A DNA stretch of 64,000 nucleotides, from positions 47,864,001 through 47,928,000 of the forward strand of contig OX597817.1 in the NCBI GenBank assembly GCA_951406725.2, read 5' to 3'. The DNA comes from Octopus vulgaris. Taxonomy: Eukaryota. How positions within the stretch are numbered: the stretch's first letter is position 1; every line of letters starts with the position of its first letter. Positions 11,407-24,026 of this stretch are shown here, piece after piece. The notes under the pieces are model-generated. The model made no database searches. It was not told where the DNA came from and saw only the letters and a program-made list of their open reading frames with translations. The position numbers were made by a program, and so were the translations under genes.

Positions 11407-12362
11407 TATTATTATTATTATTCATCGTCATGCCAGAGACTGTCCTCCCGCCCACCCCTCGTCTAATAAAAACGTTTCGCATGGACGCTTCTGACATGCT
11501 GAGTGCTGAAAGAAACAACACCGCTAGCACCAGGACCACCACCACCACAACCACCACCACCACCGCCTCCAGCACCACCTGCTACTCCTTTTCAAAATGT
11601 GCATGCATTCACACACACAGAAGGCAGACGGGTTTTTTTTTTTACAAAAGTACAGTCCGTGACATATTCATGTATTGTACACCATAACTCCTCTCTTTCT
11701 TTATTATCAAGGCCTCGAGAACAGGGGGGGGGGCTTCAGGGGGTGCAAGCTCACCGACTAAAAAGATTTTTTTTTCTTGGTGGGGGTGGGGGTGAAAAAT
11801 TTGCACTTCATACTTATAAGAAATAGTGTTGAAAAATGGATCAGTAAAAGTTGCTTGGAAAACAATAAAAAGAACTAAAACAATTAAAAAGAAAACAACA
11901 AAATCCCTCGACTATCGCGGGTGTTAAATTCCAAAACCTCCCACAGAAATAATTAAAATCTAAAACAATATAAATACCTATCGGCCGCAGAAACCCGCGA
12001 TATATTGAGAAGTCCGTGATATAAATTTACATATATTAGATAGAAAAATCCGTGATGTACTGAGTGCGCGATATATATATATGTATATATACACACGTAA
12101 ATGTAGAACTAATATATATATATATATAGCTAGATAGATAGATGTGTGTCTGTCCGTCTGTCTGTCTTTGTCCCCCGCCATTGCTTGACAACCGATGTTG
12201 GTAAGTTTACGTCCCTATAACTTAACGGTTCGGCCAAAGAGACTGAATAGAATAAGTACTAGGCCTACAAAAAATAATTCCTGGGGTTGATTGTTCGACT
12301 AAAAGGCGGTGCTCCAGCATGGTCGCAGTCAAATGACTGAAACAGCTAAAAGAAGAAAGAAT

Positions 12363-13455
12363 ACTTTTTATTTTCTTTACTTGTTTCAGTCATTAGATTT
12401 CGGCCATGCTGGGGCACCGCCTTGAAGAATGTTTTTTTGTTTTTTTTTAAGACGATTGTATCAACCCTAGTACCTATATATTTTTTTTTAAGCCTGATAC
12501 TTTATTCTATCGGTCTCTTTTGCCGAACCGCTAATGTACGGGGACATAAACACACCGGTACCGGTTGTGAAGCGGCGAGCTGGCAGAAACGTTAGCACGC
12601 TGGGCGAAATGCTTAGCAGTATTTCGTCTGCCGCTACGTTCTGAGTTCAAATTCCGCCGAGGTCGACTTTGCCTTTCATCCTTTCGGGGTCGATTAAATA
12701 AGTACCAGTTACGCACTGGGGTCGATATAATCGACTTAATCCGTTTGTCTGTCCTTGTTTGTCCTCTCTGTGTTTAGCCCCTTGTGGGTAGTAAAGAAAT
12801 AGGTTGTGAAGCGGTGGTGGTGAGACAAACACAGACACAAAGGCAAACAGACAGACAGACACACACACACACACACATATCTATAATATAAATTGGACAT
12901 GGGTGATCGTTGTATTCTTTCTTGTCTCGAAGTTCACAGCCAAACGGCACACATGTGGAGATAGGTACATAGATTGTGATGCAGTTTGTATTTTTTTCAT
13001 AACCCCCACATTTACTGAGAAAATCGATTAAAATATTTTCTAATGGAATTTCCCTCTTTCTTCTGCCATTAAAACAACCAGTTGCTTAGAAGCTGTTTTC
13101 TGACGGGGTCGGGGTCAGGAAAATTTCATATAGCTGGAGGATCCAATCGAAACAGGGGACCCGAAATGATAAGGTTAACAAACGTTGTTATAGATTATGC
13201 CTAACCGAAAACGATCACAGCCACATCATCCAAACAGACCGGGTGAAACCGGGCTTAGCTGCTAATATATATATATGTATACATATATACAACGGGCTTC
13301 TTTCAGTTTCCGTCTACCAAATCCACTCACAAAGCTTTGGTCGGCCCGGGGCTATAGTAGAAGGCACTTGCCCAAGGTTCCACTCAGAGGGACTGAACCC
13401 GGAACCATATGGTTGGGAAGCAAGCTTCTTACCATTGATTTCGCACCGGCCATAA
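12363..13455 (-). mobile_element. SINE A split by a nested SINE B (about 12572-12801) and a Helitron
   Basis: SINE A tail at 12363-12570 and head at 13290-13455; SINE B flanked by GGTTGTGAAGCGG at 12563-12575 and 12802-12814. Confidence 0.85.
12880..13265 (+). mobile_element. Non-autonomous Helitron-like element
   Basis: A|TCTATAATATAAA 5' end; subterminal ccgggtgaaaccggg hairpin remnant followed by ctgCTAA|T (CTAG variant); no TSD. Confidence 0.6.
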
Positions 13456-13534
13456 CAATTAATTTCCTCCCCAAACATATTACAACTCCTAATCTTTTAT
13501 AGTGTGTTTCTCTTTCGGTTATATGACCTACTAA

Positions 13535-14270
13535 CGATCTCGTCTAGACTGACCCTCTCCCTAATTAGTTGGGCTACAACCCTCTCCGTGACCTTCATTA
13601 CTTGATCCAGCAACTTGATACCTCTGTAATTAATTGTATCTAGAGCGCCACCTTTACCTTTGTAGCAGTTGACTATGGTGCTGTTACACCAGTCATTGGG
13701 TATGACTCCTTCATGTATCACCTGGTTGACTATACGGGTGACTAGGCTATAGCCGACACCACCAGATGTTTTAAGCATCTCTGCGGTGATTCTTTATGGG
13801 CCGGGGGCTTTCCCTGTCTTCATACCCTTAATTGCTTTAACTACCAAGGGACTGTCAACTCTGATAGCTGGTCCTTCTGTTGGGTCGGCATTCGGTTGAC
13901 TCTCTTTCTCCCATTCATTCTCTTTATTCAGCAACCTTTCATAGTGGCGTCTCCAAACCTCTCTCTTTGCAGCCTCGTTTAATGCAAGTGAACCATCATC
14001 CATGCGGACACATTTCTCTCCTACCACATTACGATTCTCTCTCACACACTGTCTCGCAATACAAAATACCTCAAGTCTTTGGTCGTCGCGGCGCAGAACA
14101 TTGACAAATTTTTTCTTATCTGCTTCCCCTCTGGCTAAATAAACCTGTCTCTTAGCTTCCCTTCTGGCAATCTGGTACCATTCACTGCTGCCACCGTTCT
14201 TCCAGTCCTTCCAAACCTGTTTCTTTTCCCTAATGGCTCTGTCAATAACATTGTTCCACCACCACGTTAT
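13535..14270 (-). mobile_element. RTE-clade LINE internal fragment (tether plus RT N-terminus)
   Basis: TWWWN..., WRRHYERLLN, KAIKGMKTGKAPGP*, IPNDW.NSTIV.CYKGKG.ALD..NYRGIKLL; one in-frame stop. Confidence 0.92.
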
Positions 14271-14282
14271 CTGGGTCGAGAG

Positions 14283-14581
14283 ATGTATATATGGGTACAG
14301 GACGTCACAAACTGTAAACGACATGAAGTACGAAAAAAAATGAGAAACAACGAGAGAAACAAGTTTATTTTTGTTTTTACGGGAGCAACTGCCTTCGAAG
14401 TCTCATATTGTCGTTCAATGCTCGAAATGAGTAGATGGACAGTCGACAACTGATGAAAGGTCGTTCTTTATGTTACTTGTCCTGTTTTCCATTTGTTTCT
14501 CTCATTGTTTGGGTACTCAACTCATATGTTTTCGTATTTCATGTTGTTTACGGTTTGTGACGTCCTGTACCCATATATGCA
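14283..14581. repeat. Repeat element with ~54-bp inverted termini
   Basis: 14283-14336 (tatatgggtacaggacgtcacaaactgtaaac) is mirrored at 14528-14581. Confidence 0.75.
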
Positions 14582-14635
14582 CACACACATATGCATGTAT
14601 GTATATATGCATTTATATATATATGTATGTACATA

Positions 14636-14681
<46 letters not shown>

Positions 14682-14707
14682 CATATGCATATATATATAT
14701 ATATGTA

Positions 14708-14766
<59 letters not shown>

Positions 14767-15092
14767 GTATATATATATAATTTATATTATTATTTGATTG
14801 AACTCCACGCATCCATTTCCAAGTAAGTTTATCTATCTATATATAAATACACACACACACACACACGCACACACACACACACACGCACACACACACACAC
14901 GCACACACACACACACGCACACACACACACACGCGCGCGCGCGCACACACATAACAATAGTCACAGCCCTTCACAGGCCAGCTATCCACAATCCTCATTT
15001 CCTCTGATTATCCCAACCGAGCCATCATCATCATCATTGTCACCATGTTCTCCTGCTTACGATCCTTATCACAACTAAACAACAAGATTGTC

Positions 15093-15120
15093 CGGCCTTT
15101 TGGCTAAGATCAAAGTGTAG
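15093..15120 (+). pseudogene. U2 snRNA 5' fragment (about nt 10-36)
   Basis: CGGCCTTTTGGCTAAGATCAAAGTGTAG versus U2 CGGCCTTTTGGCTAAGATCAAGTGTAG, with one inserted A; no downstream U2 sequence or Sm site. Confidence 0.8.
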
Positions 15121-15210
15121 CACTTAGCTCTTCTCCACAGTCATACTAATCAAATTCCTCTCAGAATAACACAAGAGGTCCATTATCACCATTGTCATCC
15201 TTTTCTTCTT

Positions 15211-15247
<37 letters not shown>

Positions 15248-16021
15248 AATTGGTGAAGGATCGCTCCTTTCTTTCCAACCCCATTGTTAGCCTCAGTCAC
15301 GGCTCCAAGGTAAATTTGGCAACTGTAAATAAAGCAAAATTTATGAACACACGAAATCCAAAAATGTGTCGCTGTCCCTTCAATGCGAGGGACTGTGCAA
15401 TGTATATACATTGACTGCATGCAACTTCACCCGTTTACCTAGGACCAAGACGCACAATCGTGCAAGCGATATCTATTTCTTTACTACCCACAAGGGGCTA
15501 AACACAGAGGGGACAAACAAGGGACAGACAATCGGATTAAGTCGATTACATCGACCCCAGTGCGTAACTGGTACTTAATAATTTATCGACTCCGAAAGGA
15601 TGAGAGGCAAAGTCGACCTCGGCGGAATTTGAACTCAGAACGTAACGGCAGACGAAATACGGCTACACATTTCGTCTTACACTACCACCGAAGCACGCGT
15701 CTTACACTACCACCACCACCAACCACCAACCACCACCACCAACCGCCGCCACCACCACCACCACCACCACCACCAACCACCACCACAACAACAACAACAA
15801 CAACCACCAGAATAGAGCAATTTTAACAAAATATGGTATAAAATGATTAGGTCGTTTTAATTAATCTTAATTAACACGCATCCGACGGTAGACGGAAATA
15901 TGTATGCATGTATGTATGTATGTATGTATGTATGTGTGTGTGTGTTTATGTGTATGTATGTATGTATGTGTGTGTGTGTTTATGTGTATATATGTATGTA
16001 TGTATATTGTTTATATATATA

Positions 16022-17041
16022 TTGAGTCATCCCATAAATAATGTGGTTTTTTTCAATTGCATAAACCAGAAGCCGGAGCTGGGCAAGATAACCTACTTTC
16101 ATAACCTTGCTACATAAGCATGTAGTAATTTTACCGTGTACTTATTTTTAGTGCAAGTTTTAAAGAGTGCTGTTCGATTTTAACAGTTGTTTTTTTTTTT
16201 TTTTTTCAAAGCTATAAATGGAAGTGACAAAGGAGCATATTCGGCATATTTTGCTTTATGATTTCAATAAAGGCAACAACGCAGTGACAGCGTGAGGAAT
16301 ATTAATGCAGTATATGGAGATTGGACAATAAGCATAAGCCAGTGTCAACGGTGGTTCCAGAAATCCAAGCCGGAAACTACAACCTAGAAGACGATCGAAT
16401 AGTGACTGGTAACGAAAAAAGGGTTCTCTTTAAAAATATCAAGCGCCGAAGACAGTGGGTAGGGAGAGGAGAAGCACCGGCACTCCAGGCTAAACAAGTT
16501 CTCCACCCACGTAAGGTGTTGTTATCTGTTTGGTGGGATATGAAAGGTTTAGTCCACTTTGAACTTTTAAACCCAAACCAAACGATAACACAGGAGATCT
16601 ACAGCGAGCAGTTTGAGTGGCTTAAGTCAACGCTAGAAGGAAAACGACCATCTTTGGTTTCAAGACGAAAAGTGTTCTTCCATCAAGATAATACTCGGCC
16701 ACATATAGTGATGATGACATTCCAAAGGCTGGAGCAGTTTGAATGAGAAACATTGCCCCACCCACCATATTCGCTGGACATTGCCCCATCTGATTATCAT
16801 TTATTCCGCAGTCTTCAAAATCATTTGGACAGAAAGAATATGATTTCTGTAGTCGATGTCAGAACAGTGCTGGGGGAGTATTTTTCGTCACGGACAAGTG
16901 AATTTTGGAAGAGGGGGCCTTGCAAGTTTACCAGATAGATGGAAGAGGATTGTAGAAAATGAAGGAGAGTATATTTTAGATTAAAAAAGAACTTTTGAAA
17001 TAAAAGAAGTATGAAAAACCGCATTATTTATGGGATGATCC
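16022..17041 (+). mobile_element. Internally deleted mariner (DD34D) with both TIRs
   Basis: TIRs tcatcccataaataatg(t/c)ggttttt at both ends; MEVTKEHIRHILLY, RIVTGNEK, KVLLSVWWD, HQDNTRPH, HPPYSLDIAPSDYHLF. Confidence 0.93.
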
Positions 17042-17094
17042 AGAGAGGGAGGGATAGATAGAGAGAGAGGAAGAGATAGAGAGAGAGAGAGAGA

Positions 17095-17392
17095 TTAGCA
17101 TACAAGTTAGGTGATTCTAGGAAGGCGATTATCAGGACTGGTATATAAAGTATAGTGACAGTTCTATTAACACACACACAGCTTAGATAACAGATATGTT
17201 TCGACCAAAGATTGGTCCAGTCCATACTTAACCTAATAGCACCACGTCATAGGATTTGCTAAACCCTTTTCAAGTCAAGTTTTGGCCCATTCAAGTAGGG
17301 AGTCCTTGTTGATTGAGTTGTATCCAGATATAGGTGGCTTATCTGGTATCCCTTGAAAAAAATTGTCCTGATTCTGTTTAAATGCGATGGGA
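17095..17392 (-). mobile_element. CR1/L2-group LINE 3' end
   Basis: Peptide AFKQNQDNFFQGIPDKPPISGYNSINKDSLLEWAKT* resembles the FK..LD.FL..IPD.P..PGY...NSL..W terminus of CR1-group elements. Confidence 0.65.
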
Positions 17393-18388
17393 TACGACGG
17401 GCTTCTTTCAGTTTCCGTTTACCAAATCCACTCACAAGGCTTTGGTCGGCCCGAGGCTATTGTAGAAGACACTTGCCCAAGGTGCCATGCAGTGGGACTG
17501 GACCTGGAACCATGTGGTTGGCAAGCAAGCTACTTACCACACAGCCATGCCTGCGCAAATAATATATCGTTCACGGTGGTGTTCATCTAAGATTCGAAAC
17601 CAAATCCACATTTTTGCTGATTGCTGGATGGATTTCCGGTCTTTTGCTTTTTCCTCTCTGTACTTAGAAATTAATGAGGATGAGCTAACCACTGAGACCT
17701 TTCCTGGTCGTGGAAAGGTCAATCCTTTGTTTTAGGATTGATCTACTTTAGTTATCAAACGTTCTAATAAACCAGAAAGAGGTTTATTCAGACCTCTTTA
17801 GTATCTGCCGTCTGACCAATGGCATCTGGCCTTCTGAGCACCTCGGCCGAACGGAAAAGAGAAGAACAATACATGGCTTATAGTCTCTATTTGTCAAGGC
17901 AAATCTCATCCGTTCTTCCTCTCTAGCAGCAGATAACTAATCTAGCCCCCACACGCAGAAAATCCATGGAACCCAGAAAGCATTTTACGGCAACCAACTA
18001 ATAACGTGTGTATACACAAACTAATGACGTGAAAACGTCGTTTTTATCTTATACTAACTTAAAAGCCGCACTCCGCATGTATATGATACATATAAAATCC
18101 AGAGCCGGGAGGAAAAAATCAGAAAAGAGGAAAGAGGAAAGAAGAAGAAAATAAAAAAGAAAAACATCAATTAAGAATTTGCTGTTATAGTAGTTGTTCA
18201 TATTGGTGTTGTTTTGCAAACCAAAATATCTGAGAGAAATTCCTACAAGACAAAGTATTAAATCATGGATCGCCACTATCAACGACACATTTTCATTCAT
18301 TGCAAGCCAAAATACCATCCTCACCTCATTCCCCGCCCACCAGATAGACAGATAGATAAAAAGACATTCAGACAGACAGACAGACAGG

Positions 18389-18469
<81 letters not shown>

Positions 18470-18471
<2 letters not shown>

Positions 18472-19068
18472 GCGGCGAGCTGGCAGAAACGTTAGCACGC
18501 CGGGCGAAATGCGTAGCCGTATTTCGTCTGCCGTTATGTTCTGAGTTCAAAATCCGCTAAGGTCGACTTTGCCTTTCATCCTTTCGGAGTCGATTAAATA
18601 AGTACCAGTTACGCACTGGGGTCGATGTAATCGACTTAATCCATGTGTCTGTTCTTGTTTGTCCCATCTGTGTTTAGCCCTTTGTGGGTAGTAAAGAAAT
18701 AGGTATTTCGTCTGTCTTTACGTTCTGAGTTCAAATTCCGCCGAGGTCGACTTTGCCTTTCTTCATTTCGGGGTCAATTAAATAAGTACCAGTTACTCAC
18801 TGGGGTCGATCTAATCGACTTAATCCCTTTGTCTGTCCTTGTTTGTTCCCTCTGTGTTTAACCCCTTGTGGGTAGTAAAGAAATAGGTATTTCGTCTGTC
18901 TTTACGTTCTGAGTTCAAATTCCGCCGAGGTCGACTTTGCCTTTCATCCTTTCGGGGTCAATTAAATAAGTACCAGTTATTCACTGGGGTCGATCTAATC
19001 GACTTAATCCCTTTGTCTGTCCTTGTTTGTCCCCTCTATGTTTAGCCCCTTGTGTGCAATAAAGAAAT

Positions 19069-19069
<1 letters not shown>
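18470..19069 (+). mobile_element. SINE family B: one head plus three tandem 184-bp bodies
   Basis: Junction aaagaaata|ggtatttcgtctg at 18702 and 18886. Body gtcgactttgcctttcatcctttcggggtcga..aagtaccag resembles the Meta/Sauria-SINE domain. Flanked by (GATA)n. Confidence 0.9.
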
Positions 19070-19117
<48 letters not shown>

Positions 19118-19200
19118 GATAGAAAGAAATCTTCACCGGCCGCCAAATGAAATCATGTTTATTGCTGATTGACGAAAGTAAAAGCAGAGACGTGAAGTCA

Positions 19201-19353
19201 AGGTCGCCTAAGATTGTACTTTCTGTAAACTGCAATCAAATCTTTACAAAGACAGGTTCCATTTACTTCTGTGTAACAATAATTATCTCTCCAGTTCTCG
19301 TCAAACAAAGAACCATTGCCAGCAACTCTTTTTCTTTTATTTGTACCAACCAT
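19201..19353 (-). mobile_element. hAT (Charlie/SPIN/GTF2IRD2-type) transposase N-terminal remnant
   Basis: MVGTNKRKRVAGNGSLFDENWRDNYCYTEVNGTCLCKDLIAVYRKYNLRR resembles KRK....R.F...W...Y.F......CLIC...IAV.KEYNL.RH. Confidence 0.65.
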
Positions 19354-19752
19354 TGCACCATTGCAGAAGGGTTGCTTTCATTCAATTTATTACATTGGTT
19401 CAAAACAGTTAAAAGAAATAGGTAAACGAACTTCTAAATTCTAGTCGTAACTGTTGTCTTCAATTAGTACGTATCTCGACTTAAGATTTGTCACAAGACA
19501 ACCTTCACGGTTACCAGAAAAGTTTCTTTAAGTTTCACGAAGTTATTGAAAATAAGTCACATTTTATTAATATTTTAAAGCGTAAAGATCAAAATATTAA
19601 TTTCATATAACTTGCTTTCAACTTAACACCTCATAAGGCATAAAGAACTTTACAGAGCTTGTAGTGTGAAATTTATCTCAAGATCTGAATACGTAAGACA
19701 TACTGTTATTTGTTTTTTCCGAATAGGGATTTTACAGAATTTTGCTCGCAGA

Positions 19753-19945
19753 CAGAGGCGTAGCCAGGTTCTAATGTTAAGGGGAGCGAGCACATTAAAA
19801 AGAAAAGAAAAGAAAGAAAAGGCGCCGTGACACATACCAAAACAATTTTTAACTAATTTCTCAATTGTTGGAACGGCGTCAATTTTGAAAAATGTGCTGG
19901 TGGGAAGCGGTCGTTTCCCTGGCACCCCTATTAGCTACGCCATTG
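19753..19945. mobile_element. hAT-type MITE
   Basis: TIRs CAGAGGCGTAGC / GCTACGCCATTG; 8-bp flanks CTCGCAGA and CTAGCAAA match at 6/8. Confidence 0.7.
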
Positions 19946-20054
19946 CTAGCAAACGATTTCAAGTTTGAATGAAAGCGAAAGGGTTTCCCACCTCTGGCAT
20001 AAAGGTACCTTCGCTGGCTCTTTGCTGTTGGAAATAATGTCACTGTTTCTGTAG

Positions 20055-20430
20055 TTTGTATCAAAACTGCTTCTATACCCTACATGAATGGATGTTACAA
20101 AGTTTTAGTGAAAATGTAAAGACGAGAGTAGTGGCTTCATGCAGGCATGGCGTGGATTCGATCCACGATAGCCAAATTTCACTTAACAGTTCAACAGCGC
20201 TTTTCTCACGGTAAAACAATAGTTTTTTCTGTGAGTGACAGCAGTTACATTTGCCAGATGCCTTCGCTAAGCAGAATAAGGTCTTTGCTACTTAACCCTT
20301 CTAACCTATTCTAGGTCACCAAAATCTAGATTTGAGATAACATGTACCACCAACGAAATCTATTGTTTTCAACAACATGCCTGTCTTTCTAACTAGTTTT
20401 GGATAGTTATAAAAACAAGAACTCCGTAAG
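20055..20430 (+). pseudogene. Decayed Cys-rich exon, paralog of 7785-8014
   Basis: Acceptor tgtttctgtAG; fragments YQNCFY, MNGCYK and SCRHGVDSIHDSQISLNSSTALFSR*; multiple stops. Confidence 0.4.
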
Positions 20431-20595
20431 CCAAAGTCAGTTACTGAGAACCGAGTCTGGCTGACCGGCTGAACAAAACGCCGTCTTTGAAAGAAAAGGC
20501 ACAAAGAGACAACTATGGTAACTCACCAACGAAGCAGTTGTTTCGTCCCACCACTCTTACTTCATTAACTTACTTTCTTTTCTCTGTAACATTAT

Positions 20596-20666
<71 letters not shown>

Positions 20667-20785
20667 TACAAGATCGTATACACACAAATTAATTTTCTTT
20701 ACCTTGCATGCTTTACGAACTGTGTTATACTATTACACTAGCCTACCCGTCTTGGTATGACATATATTAAAGTAACGGTAAATAG

Positions 20786-21489
20786 CTACTGCAACGAAGA
20801 AGCAACCGTTACACGAGTAAGAGAAAAGACTCTTTCTTCTTTTGTTTTCGCATCATTACTCTGTCTAGAGGCCGTCTTATAACAATTCTCTTTCTTGCTG
20901 TACTCCTCAGTCTTATTCATACCCGTCTAACATATTTTCCTCTCATTTCTTCTCTGCTGAAGATACTTCATCTTCTCTGGCAGAATCGTTAGCAGGTCGG
21001 GCGAAATGCTTAGCAGTATTTCGGCTGCCGTTACGTTGTGAGTTCAAATTCCGCCGAGGTCGACTTTGCCTTTCATCCTTTCGGGGTCGATAAATTAAGT
21101 ACCAGTTACGCACTGGGGTCGATGTAATCGACTTAATCCCTATGTCTGTCCTTGTTTGTCCCCTCTATGTTTAGCCCCTTGTGGGTAATAAAGAAATAGG
21201 TAAATAGATATTTCTTTACAACTTCGATCACTGTTCTTCTTTCACATCTTACAAGTGGCAACCAACGAATATTATAACCGTTACAATTGGTGACATTCTA
21301 CTGCAACGAAGAAGCAACCGTTACACGAGTAAGAGAAAAGACTCTTTCTTCTTTTGTTTTCGCATCATTACTCTGTCTAGAGGCCGTCTTATAACAATTC
21401 TCTTTCTTGCTGTACTCCTCAGTCTTATTCATACCCGTCTAACATATTTTCCTCTCATTTCTTCTCTGCTGAAGATACTTCATCTTCTC
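20786..21489 (+). repeat. Identical 192-bp direct duplication (20786-20977 and 21298-21489) around a SINE B (20978-21198)
   Basis: No mismatch seen by eye between the two copies. Confidence 0.92.
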
Positions 21490-22048
21490 ACGGCCTATAT
21501 TATTTGTTCTTTTTCATTGAAGAATGGAAAAAAAGGAGGAGACTGGCAGACAGAGAAATACGTGACAGCTTATGTGTCTAAGTAGGTGTATTTGTGTGAT
21601 ATCAAATTAACGGCAGCCATGTCGTCAACAAACTTTCCTCTGTGTGCTATTTACTCGAAGAGCAAAGAAAAAATATTGTGTAAATTCATGTCCCTAGGTG
21701 AGGCAGATAGAAAACAATAACACAAGATAAGGAGAGGTGATAAAGAAATAAAATGCATGCAGGTAGAGGTATGCAGGTGAGGTGAGTGAGAGATGAAAAT
21801 AAAAGGAAGAGGAGATTGAATGAATTAGGCTGCTACCTGGATAGGATTGTGTGTCCTGTTCTGTTTCTAGATATAATCAGGGTAGGGAACAGGAAAAGGT
21901 GAAATAGTTCGAATATTAATTACCTTGAAAAGGAAATAGTTGCATATCCTGAAAAATAATATAACCAATGGCCATAAGTCTTAAAATATTTCTACTAACC
22001 GAAAACGACTTTATGAAATCTGTTGAGTAAATGAATGAGTGAGTGAGT

Positions 22049-22112
<64 letters not shown>

Positions 22113-22554
22113 CTCTATTAGGAAACGGATCTTATTTTTGTTCCTTCTATAACTTTAACGAAACATCTATATATCAAGCCAAGCTATATTTTACATAGGA
22201 AAGAAACGTGCAGAAAATGAAAACTGAGTAAGAATAAGTTAAGGCAGAAGTTTATATATATATTCTTTTATTCTTTTATTTGTTTCAGTCATTTGACTGG
22301 GGCCATACTGGAGCACTGTCTTTAGTCGAGCAAATAAACCCCAGGACTTATTCTTTGTATGCCTAGTTCTTATTCTATCGGTCTCTTTTGCCGAATCGCT
22401 AACTTACGGGGACGTAAACACACCAATATCGGACGTCAAGCGATGGTGGGAGTACACACACACACACACACAAACTTACCGTTAACAAAACTCGGCATGC
22501 GTGGCGTTCAGTTACTCAATAATTGAAAGTACATTAAATACTACAAAACGTACA

Positions 22555-22682
22555 CGTAAGACAGAGATAGAAGGACCCTAATTCTTCATCAGTTATCGAC
22601 CAAAATACTCACGAATCTGAGTATTAGCATTTTTCGGTCGATAATTGATGAAGAATTAGGGCCCTTCTGTGTCTGTCCTACG
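22555..22682. repeat. Imperfect ~128-bp palindrome
   Basis: ccctaattcttcatcagttatcgacc versus ggtcgataattgatgaagaattaggg, with extended arms. Confidence 0.8.
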
Positions 22683-22718
22683 CGGTTTACATCTCATTGG
22701 TTGGTATTTAGATGCAAA

Positions 22719-22949
22719 GGTTGCGAGCTGGCAGAAACGTTAGCACGCCGGGCGAAATGCGTAGCCGTATTTCATCTGCCGTTACGTTCTGAGTTCAAAT
22801 TCCGCCGAGGTCGACTTTGCCTTTCATCCTTTCGGGGTCGATTAAATAAGTACCAGTTACGCACTGGGGTCGATGTAATCGACTTAATCCGTTTGTCTGT
22901 CCTTGTTTGTCCTCTCTGCGTTTAGCCCCTTGTGGGTAGTAAAGAAATA
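22719..22949 (+). mobile_element. SINE family B, full length, 16-bp TSD
   Basis: GGTATTTAGATGCAAA at 22703-22718 and 22950-22965. Other copies at about 5860-6078, 8183-8305, 15473-15675, 29218-29358, 59998-60214, 60231-60449, 63463-63850. Confidence 0.92.
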
Positions 22950-22966
22950 GGTATTTAGATGCAAAT

Positions 22967-23204
22967 GTTCGGTAGATCCAGTAGGTGGGTTATTGAACCT
23001 TTGCCGCATTTTGCTATTGTTTATAAGCTGCTCTACATTAGCAGAGTTGGCGTAGGGTACCTTCATGGTGTGTCGATTAAAAATAGCATGATACCGATTA
23101 GATTTAGGAAAATACTTGGCCAAAGCAGCAAAAAATTTTCCAGCGATCTTGGTTGAAACATGCGATCCGAAAATCGGATTGAACCAGAGGACTTCTTGAT
23201 TCTT
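22967..23204 (-). mobile_element. Penelope-like element ORF remnant (RT thumb/linker)
   Basis: VLWFNPIFGSHVSTKIAGKFFAALAKYFPKSNRYHAIFNRHTMKVPY matches the PLE motif WFNPPF...V.T.IG..F..L..KHFP.......IFNR.T.KVSY. Confidence 0.85.
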
Positions 23205-23651
23205 ATATGTACGACGGGCTTCTTTCAGTTTCCGTCTACCAAATCCACTTCCAAGGCTTTGGTTGGCTCGAGGTTATAGTAGGAGACACTTGTCCAAAGT
23301 GCTGTGCAGTGGGACTGAACCCGAAACCTCGTAGTGGCAAAGCGAACTTCTTAACCACACAACCATGCCCTCACCTACCACGCAACAGTTATTTCTTTGT
23401 ACAGGCGTTCAGTTTTAATCATAAGGTTGAGTTGTCCGAAATTATTACGGTAACCCATTTTAAAAATTTTATTGGTGGGTCTTAATTGACTGTCAGTCAT
23501 CTTTGAGAAGGTCAATTTTCGTGATGGAAATTTGTACGCTTTGTGGTTTCTGGTTGAGAAGTCCTTTTCAGTATCATATTGCGAGAACTCAATGACTTTA
23601 TATGCTTTGAAAAAGAAGAGTTTGTCTCGATGTTGTGCTGCTCTCTCACTC

Positions 23652-23683
<32 letters not shown>

Positions 23684-23694
23684 TGATGATGATG

Positions 23695-24003
23695 AAGACA
23701 ATAAGATAATAGTCGAGAAATATGACAGGTTAGCTTGGGAAGTTAAGCAGTTGTGGTTGATGAAAAAGGTAGCAGTAGTAACAATAATTGTCCGAGCCTT
23801 GGGAACAGTGAGCAAAAATTTCGAGAAGAACGTGGAACAAATAGGGGCTGCAATAAGGGTGGAGCACTTTCAGAAAACAGCACTGCTTGGAACCGGTCGA
23901 ATACTCCGGAAGGTGCTCGAAAAATAAGCGATGTTACTTTAGTTCACTGGTAGTGAACAGTTGACATCGTAGTACATCTCCAGCGTTAGAAGCTGTGCAA
24001 AGG
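23695..24003 (+). mobile_element. R4/Dong-clade non-LTR retrotransposon 3' end in a (TAA)n tract
   Basis: EKYDRLAWEVKQLW..KKVAVVTIIVRALGTV....QKTALLGTGRILRKVL* is the RLE C-terminus; (AAT)n on both sides. Confidence 0.88.
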
Positions 24004-24026
24004 CAATGATGATGATGATGATGATC

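Noticed and set aside
11503-11826. Proline-rich ORF (also 15560-15826)
   Set aside because: Derived from (CCA)n microsatellites; no splice or homology support.
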